From Pseudomonadota bacterium (lineage in GTDB: Bacteria; Pseudomonadota; Alphaproteobacteria; SMXQ01), in assembly GCA_022566265.1 (NCBI GenBank), contig JADFJG010000003.1:7572-71571 (forward strand): a stretch of DNA of 64,000 nucleotides, read 5' to 3'. The translations under genes and the position numbers were made by a program. Positions 19,835 through 29,223 of the stretch are shown piece after piece (the first letter of the stretch is position 1; each line of letters opens with the position of its first letter). The notes under the pieces are model-generated. The model was not told the origin of the DNA. It was given only the letters and a program-made list of their open reading frames with translations, and did not search any database.

Positions 19835-20452
19835 ATGAATATCATTGAACAGCTCGAAAACGAGCAGGTCGCCAAGCTGACGGCCGAACGCCCGGTGCCG
19901 AAATTCGGTCCCGGCGATACGGTGCGGGTCCTGGTCAAGGTTGTCGAAGGCAGCCGCGAGCGCGTCCAGACCTTCGAGGGCGTTTGCATCGCGCGCTCGA
20001 ACGACGGGCTGAACTCGTCGTTCACGGTGCGCAAGATATCCTATGGCGAAGGGGTGGAACGCGTCTTCCCGCTGTATTCACCGAACATCACCGAGATCCA
20101 GGTGGTGCGCCGGGGCGCGGTGCGCCGGGCGAAGCTCTACTATCTGCGCGGCCTGACCGGCAAGCGGGCCCGCATCGCCGAAAAGGTCGACCACCGCGTT
20201 ACCAGGCGCAAGGGCAAGGGCAAGGCGGCGGCCGCGAAATTGGCGAGCGAAACCGAAGAGGCGCAAACCGTCGCCGCCGACACCGCCGTGGCGCCGGCGC
20301 CCGATGCCAAGAAGGGTGGAGAGGACAAGGGTAAAAAGAAGCTCAAGCTCTGGGGCAGGAAGAAAGACAAAGCGAAAGCCAAGGGCGAAGACGGCGCGAA
20401 AACCCCGGACGAAGGCAAGGAAAAGAGTAAGGGCAAGGGCGAGAAGTCCTGA
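19835..20452 (+). CDS. rplS: 50S ribosomal protein L19 with ~80-aa Lys/Ala/Gly-rich C-terminal tail
   Basis: [22 protein letters not shown] and RVFPLYSP are canonical L19. The tail is [10 protein letters not shown]...[20 protein letters not shown]. Start at the internal ATG at 19835. Confidence 0.85.
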   Translation: MNIIEQLENEQVAKLTAERPVPKFGPGDTVRVLVKVVEGSRERVQTFEGVCIARSNDGLNSSFTVRKISYGEGVERVFPLYSPNITEIQVVRRGAVRRAKLYYLRGLTGKRARIAEKVDHRVTRRKGKGKAAAAKLASETEEAQTVAADTAVAPAPDAKKGGEDKGKKKLKLWGRKKDKAKAKGEDGAKTPDEGKEKSKGKGEKS

Positions 20453-20507
20453 CGCCCCGCCGTCTTCCTGCCATGGACGGCCGGCGACCCAAGGGAGAAC
20501 CGTATCG

Positions 20508-21914
20508 ATGACCAAACCGCGTACCCTGTTCGACAAGATCTGGCAGAGCCATCTCGTCGATGTGTCCGATGACGGCACCTGTCTCATCTATATCGACCGC
20601 CATCTGGTCCACGAGGTCACCAGCCCCCAGGCCTTCGAGGCGCTTAGGCTGAGCGGGCGCAAGGTGCGCCGGACCGAAGCGATCCTCGCGGTCTGCGATC
20701 ATAATGTGCCGACCACCGACCGGGCCAAGGGCATCGAGGAAGAGGAATCGCGCATCCAGGTGGAGACCCTGGAGAAGAATTGCGCCGAGTTCGGCATTCC
20801 CTACCTGCCGCTTCTCGATCTCCGCCAGGGCATCGTCCACATCATCGGTCCCGAGCAGGGCTTCACCCTGCCGGGAACGACCATCGTCTGCGGCGATTCC
20901 CACACCGCCACCCACGGCGCTTTCGGGGCGCTCGCCTTCGGCATCGGCACCTCCGAGGTCGAGCATGTGCTGGCGACCCAGACGCTGATCCAGAAACCGG
21001 CCAAGAACATGCGCATCACCGTCAACGGCGCGCCCCATCCCGGGGTCGGGGCCAAGGATTTCATCCTCGCCATCATCGGCGAGATCAGCGCCGCCGGCGG
21101 CACCGGCCATGTCATCGAATATGCCGGCGACGCCATCCTCGGCCTGTCCATGGAAGGACGCATGACGGTCTGCAACATGTCGATCGAGGCCGGCGCCAGG
21201 GCCGGACTGGTGGCGCCCGACGAGACCACCTTCGACTATCTCAAGGGCCGTCCGATGGCGCCAAGCGGCGCCGATTGGGACCACGCCGTGGCCCACTGGC
21301 GGACGCTGCCGTCGGACGCCGACGCAACTTACGACACCGAGGTGACGATCGAGGCCGCCGATATCGCGCCGCAAGTCACCTGGGGCACCAGTCCCGAGAA
21401 CGTGCTGCCGATCACCGGCGTGGTCCCCGACCCGGCGGACGAGGCCGATGAGGGCCGCCGCGGTTCGATGGAGCGCTCGCTCGAATATATGGGGCTCGAG
21501 CCGGGAACACCGCTCCGGGAAATCGCCATCGACACCGCCTTCATCGGGTCGTGCACCAATTCCCGCATCGAGGATCTCAGGGCCGCGGCAATGGTGGCCA
21601 AGGGCCGCAAGGTGGCGGCGGGGGTGCGGGCGCTGGTCGTGCCCGGTTCCGGCCTGATCAAGCAACAGGCGGAGGACGAAGGGCTCGACAAGATCTTCAC
21701 CGAGGCCGGGTTCGAATGGCGCGAGGCGGGTTGCTCGATGTGCCTCGCCATGAACCCCGACAAGCTGGCGCCCGGCGAGCGCTCGGCCTCCACGTCGAAC
21801 CGCAATTTCGAGGGCCGTCAGGGCCCCGGCGGACGCACCCATCTGATGAGCCCGATCATGGTCGCCGCCGCCGCCATCGCCGGCCACCTGACCGATGTCC
21901 GCGATTTCGATTGA
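20508..21914 (+). CDS. leuC: 3-isopropylmalate dehydratase large subunit
   Basis: Aconitase-family motifs ([36 protein letters not shown]). SD AAGGGAGAA precedes the ATG at 20508. The ORF-track start at 20304 is an Arg/Lys-rich over-extension. Confidence 0.92.
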   Translation: MTKPRTLFDKIWQSHLVDVSDDGTCLIYIDRHLVHEVTSPQAFEALRLSGRKVRRTEAILAVCDHNVPTTDRAKGIEEEESRIQVETLEKNCAEFGIPYLPLLDLRQGIVHIIGPEQGFTLPGTTIVCGDSHTATHGAFGALAFGIGTSEVEHVLATQTLIQKPAKNMRITVNGAPHPGVGAKDFILAIIGEISAAGGTGHVIEYAGDAILGLSMEGRMTVCNMSIEAGARAGLVAPDETTFDYLKGRPMAPSGADWDHAVAHWRTLPSDADATYDTEVTIEAADIAPQVTWGTSPENVLPITGVVPDPADEADEGRRGSMERSLEYMGLEPGTPLREIAIDTAFIGSCTNSRIEDLRAAAMVAKGRKVAAGVRALVVPGSGLIKQQAEDEGLDKIFTEAGFEWREAGCSMCLAMNPDKLAPGERSASTSNRNFEGRQGPGGRTHLMSPIMVAAAAIAGHLTDVRDFD

Positions 21915-21935
21915 GGACGAAAAAGATGGAAAAAT

Positions 21936-22537
21936 TCACCAAGCTGACGGGGGTCGCCGTGCCCTTTCCGATGATCAACATCGATACCGACAAGATCATC
22001 CCGTCGCGCTGGCTCAAGACCATCAAGCGCACCGGCCTCGGCGTCGGGCTGTTCGAATCGGTGCGCTATAACGACGACGGTTCGGAGGTGCCCGACTTCA
22101 TCCTCAACAGGCCGCCTTACCGTGACGCCAAGATCCTGGTCGCCGGCGCCAATTTCGGCTGCGGCTCGAGCCGCGAGCACGCCATCTGGGCGCTGCTGGA
22201 TTTCGGCATCCGCTGCGTCATCGCCACCGAGGTCGCCGACATCTTCGCCACCAACGCCGCCAAGAACGGCATCCTCATCGTCAAGCTGCCCCAGGGGGAA
22301 GTCGACAAGCTGATGGCGGACGCCGAGCTCGGCGAGAACGGGCGCCTGGCGATCGACCTCGAGGCCGGGGAGATCTCCCGCCCCGATGGCGAGACCATCG
22401 CGTTCGAGATCGATCCCTTCGTCAAGCATTGTCTGTTGAACGGGCTCGACGACATCGCGCTGACCCTGGCGAAGGTGGACGCCATCGAGTGCTTCGAGGA
22501 CCAACAAAAAGCGTCCCAACCCTGGCTTTACGCCTAA
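21936..22537 (+). CDS. leuD: 3-isopropylmalate dehydratase small subunit
   Basis: 200-aa LeuD with [14 protein letters not shown] and [13 protein letters not shown] motifs. Confidence 0.92.
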
Positions 22538-22554
22538 TACCAAAAAGAGAGAAC

Positions 22555-23667
22555 ATGGCCGCCAACAGAAACCTCTTGATGCTTCCGGGCGACGGCATCG
22601 GGCCCGAGGTGGTCGGCGAGGTCAGACGGGTGATGGACTGGTTCGCCCGCCGCCGCGCCGTTTCCTTCGACGTCACCGAGGGTTTGGTCGGCGGCTGTTC
22701 CTATGACGCCCATGGCACGCCGTTGACGGACGGGACCTTGGAGCAGGCGCAAAACGCGGATGCGGTGCTGCTCGGCGCCGTCGGCGGGCCGAAATGGGAA
22801 AGCCTGCCGTTCGACGACCAGCCGGAGCGCGGCCTGCTGCGCCTGCGCAAGGAGTTGGATCTTTTCGCCAACTTGCGCCCGGCGATCGTTTTCGACGCCC
22901 TGGCGGAGGCATCGAGCCTGAAGACCGAGCTGGTGAGGGGCCTCGACATCCTGATCCTGCGCGAGCTCACCGGCGGCATCTATTTCGGCGAGCCGCGCGG
23001 CATCGAGACGCTGCCCGACGGCTCCCGGCGGGCGGTCAACACACAGGTCTACACCACGGCGGAGATCGTCCGCGTCGGCCGCGTCGCCTTCGAGCTCGCC
23101 CGCAAGCGCCAGAACCGGGTGTGCTCGGTGGACAAAGCCAACGTCATGGAAAGCGGCGTGCTGTGGCGCCAGGAGATGGGGAAGCTCCATGACGAGGAAT
23201 ACGCCGACGTCGAGCTCAGCCACATGTACGCCGACAACTGCGCCATGCAACTGGTGCGCGACCCCAAGCAGTTCGATGTCATCGTCACCGACAATCTGTT
23301 CGGCGACGTGCTGTCCGATTGCGCCGCCATGCTGACGGGCTCGCTCGGCATGCTGCCGTCCGCCTCCCTCGGCGCGGTGGACGAGAGCGGACGGCGCAAG
23401 GCGATATACGAGCCGGTCCACGGCTCGGCCCCGGACATCGCCGGCAAGGGCCTGGCCAATCCCCTGGCGACGATCCTGAGCTTCGCCATGATGCTGCGCT
23501 ACTCCTTCGACCTCGCCGAGGACGCGGCGCTGATCGAGCGCGCCGTCGACGATCTGCTCGGCGCCGGCTATCGCACGGCGGACATCATGCAGCCGGGCGC
23601 CGAACGGACATCGACGTCGGCCATGGGCGAGGCGGTGGTGGCGGGTCTCGAGAAGTTGGCGGGGTGA
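22555..23667 (+). CDS. leuB: 3-isopropylmalate dehydrogenase
   Basis: 370 aa with an N-terminus typical of IPMDH ([10 protein letters not shown]) and the DNLFGD motif. Confidence 0.92.
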   Translation: MAANRNLLMLPGDGIGPEVVGEVRRVMDWFARRRAVSFDVTEGLVGGCSYDAHGTPLTDGTLEQAQNADAVLLGAVGGPKWESLPFDDQPERGLLRLRKELDLFANLRPAIVFDALAEASSLKTELVRGLDILILRELTGGIYFGEPRGIETLPDGSRRAVNTQVYTTAEIVRVGRVAFELARKRQNRVCSVDKANVMESGVLWRQEMGKLHDEEYADVELSHMYADNCAMQLVRDPKQFDVIVTDNLFGDVLSDCAAMLTGSLGMLPSASLGAVDESGRRKAIYEPVHGSAPDIAGKGLANPLATILSFAMMLRYSFDLAEDAALIERAVDDLLGAGYRTADIMQPGAERTSTSAMGEAVVAGLEKLAG

Positions 23668-23837
23668 GGGGTTCGAACTCGAAGCGCCCAAACTCGGCCA
23701 ACAGCCCGCGGCGCTGGGCGTCGTTCCCGCGGCCGGTGGATCTAATACAACCCTGGGAGCAGCCCTTACAACCCCTGACACAAATTCCGCTACAACGCTT
23801 TAGGCCAGTATTGCCTTCCCTCATTTCGCTAAGATTG

Positions 23838-23843
23838 TATAAT
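23838..23843 (+). promoter_or_regulatory. Candidate -10 element (TATAAT preceded by TTG) for the low-GC two-gene cassette
   Basis: ATTGTATAATAT lies about 30 nt upstream of the ATG at 23874 inside an AT-rich leader. Confidence 0.3.
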
Positions 23844-23873
23844 ATCTCTGTCGTCTAAGAGATGGTGGAACCC

Positions 23874-24065
23874 ATGGCATCAAAGAAAGTCACGGCGAAG
23901 CGGACGAGGCGAAGAGCCTATGGAAGAGGAAAAAGAAAAGCTGCGGCTCGGGTAGTTTCTCCGGAGAAGGGTGCTGAATTGAAATACAGGGTCACTCAAC
24001 AGGCACCGCAGGCACCCAGCATTAGCCTAGACAAGATCAAAGAGGCGATACTCTCCACCACTTAG
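23874..24065 (+). CDS. Small highly basic hypothetical protein (63 aa) in low-GC cassette
   Basis: MASKKVTAKRTRRRAYGRGKRKAAARVV... uses AGA/AGG/AAA codons atypical for the host. A GGTGGA SD lies 6 nt upstream. The stop is 14 nt before the next gene. Confidence 0.4.
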   Translation: MASKKVTAKRTRRRAYGRGKRKAAARVVSPEKGAELKYRVTQQAPQAPSISLDKIKEAILSTT

Positions 24066-24079
24066 ACCCGGCGTAGGTT

Positions 24080-24709
24080 ATGGCTTCCGATGACTACGAG
24101 CTGAGTGTCTTCGTAAATTGTCCATTTGACCGGAAGTACAAATCGACCCTTTTCCCGGCGATCCTTTTTACGATCTACGATTGTGGTCTCAAGGCGCGTA
24201 GCGCCTTGGAGGCGGACACGGCTACTTCTGGCCGGCTGGAAAAAATCTTTGCAATCGTAAAGTCGAGTAAATACGGAATCCATGACATCTCACGGACAGG
24301 ATTAGATCGAGAAACCCGTTTACCACGCTTCAATATGCCCTTTGAGCTCGGTATATTTCTTGCCGCACAGAAATATGGGGCGGGTCGCCAGAAAGAGAAA
24401 ATTTGCTTGATTCTCGACAAGGAAGGTTATCGATACCATAAATTTATTTCCGACATTAAGGGCCTGGATATCAGCGCGCACTACAACAAGATTGATTCCG
24501 CCATCAGGCGGGTTCGTGACTGGCTCAACGATGACAAGCCACAAGGCGTCATGTTGCCAGGACATATACGGATATCGAACAGGTATGAGACGTTTCGAAG
24601 GCAACTGCCGCGGGCTGCCAAGAAGGCGGGCCTAGACCCGACCGACCTTCGATTCAATGATATCGCGAACTTTGTCAGTAAGTGGATTGAATTGAATCCA
24701 AAAGACTGA
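24080..24709 (+). CDS. TIR-like / nucleoside 2-deoxyribosyltransferase-like Rossmannoid domain protein (209 aa), putative nucleotide-targeting effector
   Basis: Low-GC ORF. Its N-terminal strand VFVNCPFD-(R)KY resembles TIR box 1 (FISY..D), a mid-section GLKARSALEAD...SGRLEKIFAIVKSSKYGIHDIS fits the TIR_2 core, and MPFELGIFLAAQKYG resembles the NDT catalytic GMELGYALSQGKY motif. The assignment rests on motif recall only. Confidence 0.5.
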   Translation: MASDDYELSVFVNCPFDRKYKSTLFPAILFTIYDCGLKARSALEADTATSGRLEKIFAIVKSSKYGIHDISRTGLDRETRLPRFNMPFELGIFLAAQKYGAGRQKEKICLILDKEGYRYHKFISDIKGLDISAHYNKIDSAIRRVRDWLNDDKPQGVMLPGHIRISNRYETFRRQLPRAAKKAGLDPTDLRFNDIANFVSKWIELNPKD

Positions 24710-24848
24710 ACCTCAAGGCTGCGTCCTTCACGGCGGGACGCGTGTGAGCATCTACGGCGCCCCTGTGCCGAGCATCATTGGCGTGGCGCCCTGTATCCGA
24801 CTAACCTGCTCCACCTTCGGCAAACATGTCGGATTTTCGAAACCGGCC

Positions 24849-25178
24849 CTAGTCGATCCCGTGCTTTTCGAGCTCTCGCCGGAGCCGGGCGGTGAGCAGG
24901 AGTGCGACCATGCGCAGATCGCTGATCAGCGAGAACCAGGGATGCTTGAAGGTCTCGGGCGTATTGTGCTCGACTAGAAGGTGGGAGAGCCAGGCGAAGC
25001 CGTAGCCGACGACAGGCGCCGCGGCGATAAGCCGCCAATCGGCGATGGTGGCGCCGGCGCCAAGCAGCGCCAGGCCGCCGATGGTGCCGATCGCGTGCAG
25101 GGCGCGGGTCAGCGGCCGTTTGTGCGCCCTGAGATAGTCGGGCCAGAAATCCGAGTAGGGCAGGGTCGGCGAGGGCAT
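24849..25178 (-). CDS. DUF962 (Mpo1-like) family membrane protein
   Basis: YLRAHKRPLTRALHAIGT ... HLLVEHNTPETFKHPWFSLISDLRM matches the DUF962 HxxxE-N-PA-F..P..S...D pattern. Two predicted TM helices. Confidence 0.55.
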   Translation of the reverse strand: MPSPTLPYSDFWPDYLRAHKRPLTRALHAIGTIGGLALLGAGATIADWRLIAAAPVVGYGFAWLSHLLVEHNTPETFKHPWFSLISDLRMVALLLTARLRRELEKHGID

Positions 25179-25269
25179 TTCTCATCTTCCCGTGGCAGGG
25201 CCCTGTGGGCAGGTACCTATGGTATAAGTCATCGCCACCAGGGCCATAGCCAGAGCGGATAGATAGGAC

Positions 25270-26295
25270 ATGGGATACAAGATCGCCGTCGTCGGCGCCA
25301 CCGGCAATGTCGGGCGCGAAATGATTTCCATCCTCGCCGAGCGGGACTTCCCCGCCGACGAGGTGGTGGCGTTGGCGTCGTCCAAGTCGGTGGGCAAGGA
25401 AATCTCTTTCGGCGAGCGCAAGATCCTCAAGGTGAAGGCGCTCGACAGCTTCGATTTCAAGGGCTGCGACATCGCGCTGTTCTCGGCCGGTGCCGCTATC
25501 GCCAAATCGCGAGCGCCGAAGGCGGCGGAGGCGGGCTGCATCGTCATCGACAACTCGTCCTGCTTCCGCACCGACCCGGACGTGCCGTTGGTGGTGCCCG
25601 AGGTCAACGCCCATGCCATCGAGGGCTATCGCAACCGCAACATCATCGCCAACCCCAACTGTTCGACCATCCAGTTGGTCGTGGCGTTGAAGCCGCTCCA
25701 CGATCTGGCGACGATCGAACGCGTGGTGGTCGCCACCTACCAGTCCACCTCGGGCGCCGGGAAGGCGGCGATGGATGAGCTCTTCACCCAGACGCGGGGG
25801 ATCTACGTCAACGATCCGATACGCAAGGAGCAGTTCACCAAGCAGATCGCGTTTAACGTCATTCCCCATATCGACGTGTTCATGAAGGACGGTTCGACCA
25901 AGGAGGAATGGAAGATGGGGGTCGAGACCGCCAAGGTCCTCGATCCCGCCATCAAGGTCGTCGCCACCTGCGTGCGCGTTCCCACCTTCATCGGCCACGC
26001 CGAAGCCGTCAATATCGAGTGCGCGGCGCCGATAAGCGTCAGAGCCGCGCGCGCCGCCCTCAGGGAGGCGCCGGGGATCACCGTCATCGATCGCCGCGCC
26101 GACGAGGGATACGTGACGCCCGAGGAAATCGCCGGCGAGGACATGGTTTTCGTCTCGCGCATCCGCGCCGATGAGACCGTCGCCAATGGCCTCAGTCTCT
26201 GGGTGGTGGCCGACAATCTGCGCAAGGGGGCGGCGCTCAACGCCGTGCAGATCGCCGAGGAACTGGTCCGCGTCCATCTTCGCAAGGCGGCATGA
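25270..26295 (+). CDS. asd: Aspartate-semialdehyde dehydrogenase
   Basis: MGYKIAVVGATGNVGREM NAD(P)-binding motif and the ANPNCSTIQ active-site Cys motif. 341 aa. Confidence 0.92.
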   Translation: MGYKIAVVGATGNVGREMISILAERDFPADEVVALASSKSVGKEISFGERKILKVKALDSFDFKGCDIALFSAGAAIAKSRAPKAAEAGCIVIDNSSCFRTDPDVPLVVPEVNAHAIEGYRNRNIIANPNCSTIQLVVALKPLHDLATIERVVVATYQSTSGAGKAAMDELFTQTRGIYVNDPIRKEQFTKQIAFNVIPHIDVFMKDGSTKEEWKMGVETAKVLDPAIKVVATCVRVPTFIGHAEAVNIECAAPISVRAARAALREAPGITVIDRRADEGYVTPEEIAGEDMVFVSRIRADETVANGLSLWVVADNLRKGAALNAVQIAEELVRVHLRKAA

Positions 26296-26436
26296 GACCC
26301 GCCGTGGCCGCCGGACCCCGGCGATCCGGCCGCCATCGAATCGCATCGATATGACCGGTTAGTACACTGGCGCTTGCCCTCGGGCGGTTCCGTCGTTTAG
26401 GCTTGGTAAATTCAGGACCGAGACAAGGTGGGGGTG

Positions 26437-27669
26437 ATGCTCCGGTTTCTCGCCGTTTTCCTGTTGGCCTTCGGTTTCGCCGGCCAGGCGTTGGCGGACG
26501 CGGAAAGGGACTACAAGAGGGGGTTTGAGGCCGCCGGACGGGGCGACTTCCAAAGGGCCATCGCCTTTTATACCGCCGCCATTCGCCAAAGCCCGAACTT
26601 CGCCGCCGCTTATTACGCCCGCGGCCACGCCCAAAGCCAGCTCGGCGATCATTACCAGGCGCTGCAGAACTACCTGAAGACGATCGCGCTCAAGCCCGAC
26701 GCCGCCAACGCTTATTATGCCCGTGGCAACGCCTACGGCTATATGGGCGACGACAAAAGGGCGATCTCGGATTATTCGCGGACGATCGTGCTCAAGCCCG
26801 AATATGCCGCCGCCTATTACGCGCGGGGCAACGCCTTCGGCCGCATCGGCGAGCACGGTCGCGCGGTGGCGGATTTCTCCAAGGTCCTTCAGCTCGGTTG
26901 GGGCATGGCGGCCGCCTATTGGGCCCGCGGCGATGCCTTCAGCCGGCTTGGCAAGCACCAGCAGGCGATCGAGGATTACGGCAAGACGATTGGGCTCGAT
27001 CCCACCTTTTCCGCCGCTTATTTCGACCGTGGCAACGCCTATGGCCGGTCGGGTGAACTCGCGCGGGCGATAGAGGACTACACCCGGATCATCCATCTCA
27101 AGCCCGACCATTACGGCGCCTACTTCGCGCGGGGCAACACCTTCAGGGTCCAGGGCGCTTATGACGCCGCCCTCAATGACATGAACGCCGCGATCCGCCT
27201 CAGGCCGAATCACTTTCAGGCCTACATGGCCCGTGGTTACGTCTTTTCCCTCAAGAAACTCTACGACCGGGCGATCAGGGACTATTCCCAGTCCATCCGC
27301 CTCAACCCCGATCACTTCACGATCTACATCAACCGTGGCGTCGCCTACCGCGCCTCCAAGAACTTGAACTTTGCCCTCAAGGATTTCCGGACGGCGTTGA
27401 GTCTCAAACCCGAGCACCCCGGCGCCCATTACAATTTGGCGCTGACCTATCTCGATATGCGCCGGTTCGGCAGCGCCATCGAGGCGTTCAACCGGGCCAT
27501 TCAGTTGCAGCCGAAACCCTTGTGGTTCCACTATTACCGCCGTGGTCTCGCCTATGAAGCGCAAAAAGACCACGCCCAAGCGGCGGAAGACTTCAAGAAA
27601 GCCTATGGGCTGGAACCCACCCGCCCCGAACTTCAGGCCAAGATGAAAGCGCTGGCGCCGGCGCCGTGA
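26437..27669 (+). CDS. Secreted tetratricopeptide-repeat protein (more than 10 TPR units)
   Basis: A signal peptide MLRFLAVFLLAFGFAGQALA is followed by many 34-aa AYYARGNAY-type TPR repeats. Confidence 0.8.
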   Translation: MLRFLAVFLLAFGFAGQALADAERDYKRGFEAAGRGDFQRAIAFYTAAIRQSPNFAAAYYARGHAQSQLGDHYQALQNYLKTIALKPDAANAYYARGNAYGYMGDDKRAISDYSRTIVLKPEYAAAYYARGNAFGRIGEHGRAVADFSKVLQLGWGMAAAYWARGDAFSRLGKHQQAIEDYGKTIGLDPTFSAAYFDRGNAYGRSGELARAIEDYTRIIHLKPDHYGAYFARGNTFRVQGAYDAALNDMNAAIRLRPNHFQAYMARGYVFSLKKLYDRAIRDYSQSIRLNPDHFTIYINRGVAYRASKNLNFALKDFRTALSLKPEHPGAHYNLALTYLDMRRFGSAIEAFNRAIQLQPKPLWFHYYRRGLAYEAQKDHAQAAEDFKKAYGLEPTRPELQAKMKALAPAP

Positions 27670-27696
27670 TGGCGCGGAAATTTCGCCGCCTTTCCT

Positions 27697-28332
27697 TCAT
27701 CCCGCCATATCGACGCCGATCAGCGATACTAGCAGCACGAGCCCGAAACCGAGGATAACGACCCCCGAGAAGCGGCCGACCCAAAGTGCGCTGCTATCGT
27801 CGAGGCGCTTATGGAAGATCCCGGAGATCGAGGTCAAAAGCACCCACCAGAGGCCCGAGCCGATGAATACCCCCGCTACCAGGGCGATGCCCCAGCCCAT
27901 CTGTTCCCTGACCTCGGCGATGGAGATGGCGGCGAATATGGCGACGAAGGATAGGATGGTGAGAGGGTTGGTGACGGTGACGAGGAAGGTGGAGACGAAG
28001 ATGCGGAACAATTGATCGCGCTTGGGCGCCGCCGGGTTCGGCGCCCGGCGGTTCAACAGCGCGCGGACCCCGATGACGCAAAGGACGGCGCCGCCAAAGC
28101 CGCGGAGCGGCATCTGGTAGTTGATCAACTCGGCGGCGAGGAAGCCCAATCCGAAGGCGGCGATGCAACCGTACAGAGTATCGGCGATGGCGGCGCCAAG
28201 GCCGGTGACGAATCCGAATATCTTGCCATGGATAATGGTCCGGTGGATGCACATCATGCCAACCGGACCGACCGGCGCCGCGATGACGAAGCCGACGGCG
28301 ATTCCCTTGAGAAAGAATAAAGTGGTGTCCAT
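27697..28332 (-). CDS. LysE/RhtB-family amino-acid exporter
   Basis: 211 aa with 6 TM segments and LysE-family N-terminal motifs (GIAVGFVIAAPVGPVG and FVTGLGAAIAD). Confidence 0.8.
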   Translation of the reverse strand: MDTTLFFLKGIAVGFVIAAPVGPVGMMCIHRTIIHGKIFGFVTGLGAAIADTLYGCIAAFGLGFLAAELINYQMPLRGFGGAVLCVIGVRALLNRRAPNPAAPKRDQLFRIFVSTFLVTVTNPLTILSFVAIFAAISIAEVREQMGWGIALVAGVFIGSGLWWVLLTSISGIFHKRLDDSSALWVGRFSGVVILGFGLVLLVSLIGVDMAG

Positions 28333-28506
28333 TTCCGTGGGTGCCGTGAGGGAACCGATACGCCCTGCGCTTCATATATCAGCGCCGGCCCCGAAACAAC
28401 AGCCGGCCCGGATAGTGCTCTAAAGGATGACGCCGCCTCACCGCGGCTTGGCGAGGCCAAACGCAAAAGACCCACGAAACTTTGTTGTCTTCTGAAATGT
28501 CTTGAT

Positions 28507-28583
28507 ATAAAAAGCGAGGCGTCAGGTGCGCTCGGCCCAAGAACCTCGCGCTTCGTGTCCGCAAGGACACACCTGACGCCTCG
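28507..28583 (-). terminator. Intrinsic terminator on the minus strand (15-bp perfect stem with a structured interior, then a U-run)
   Basis: Plus-strand ATAAAAAG precedes CGAGGCGTCAGGTG ... CACCTGACGCCTCG. On the minus strand this is a stem followed by CUUUUUAU. Confidence 0.5.
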
Positions 28584-28875
28584 GGAGCCGGCCTGACTCC
28601 CAGTACGGAAAGCGGCTGAACAGAGTTACCATCTTCCGGCCAACCGCTTCCCCAGGGAGAGGTGCGATCAACTTGGGATGGTAGGGCCCCTCGCGAGGTC
28701 ACTGCCCATCCGGAAGATCCGTTCTTTTACTCGACCGGCCCTTCCCGCCAGGCACCGGACCTTCCGAAGAATTTCCGCCGCCGGGCGTCGGTAGACGCCC
28801 CCTGTCGGAGGCGTTTCCCGGTGGGGCCGACCGGTCCTTGGGGAGACCGTCCTGCCCCGGAAGCGCCGGCCTCGA

Positions 28876-28900
28876 TAAAAAGAGGCGGGTCCTCCGCCCG
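28876..28900 (-). terminator. Second, weaker minus-strand intrinsic terminator
   Basis: Minus strand: GGGCGG-AGGAC-CCGCCU hairpin followed by CUUUUUAU. Confidence 0.35.
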
Positions 28901-29223
28901 CCGGCCCGCCCTTATCGCTAAGAACAGACCGCCGGAACCGGGCCGCGCACCGCCGGATGGCGCCTGCGCCGCCCCCGGGCTTTCATTCCCATTGAACCAC
29001 GCAAACCCAGGAGATTTCCGCGTATCGTTGGGGAACTACTCACACCGGTACTCTCTCGTACCGGGTAAAATGATTACTGTTAATCATCCGAAAAGCAATA
29101 GTAAACTATAATATTCGTCAACTTTTCTGTGCATAAAATACTCAAATGCTCACAGTTGTTACACAGCTTATCCACAACATTATCCACATTTATGGAGCGG
29201 ATAAGATAAAAGACAGTAGAGAT

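Noticed and set aside
23668-23700. GGGGTTCGAACTC just after the leuB stop looked like a tRNA T-loop remnant or integration att site for the low-GC cassette
   Set aside because: No acceptor stem, anticodon arm or CCA context could be assembled around it. It is most likely coincidental.
28333-29223. Checked the gene-free structured region for RNase P RNA, tmRNA (including a tag-peptide ORF), SRP RNA and tRNA genes
   Set aside because: There are no GGAAAGTCCGG or ACAGAACCCGGCTTA RNase P boxes. There is no T-arm GGTTCGAATCC plus CCA end or ANDN-type tag reading frame. There is no domain IV GGUCCGGAAGG SRP motif. Identity remains unknown, so the region is reported only as a candidate ncRNA locus.
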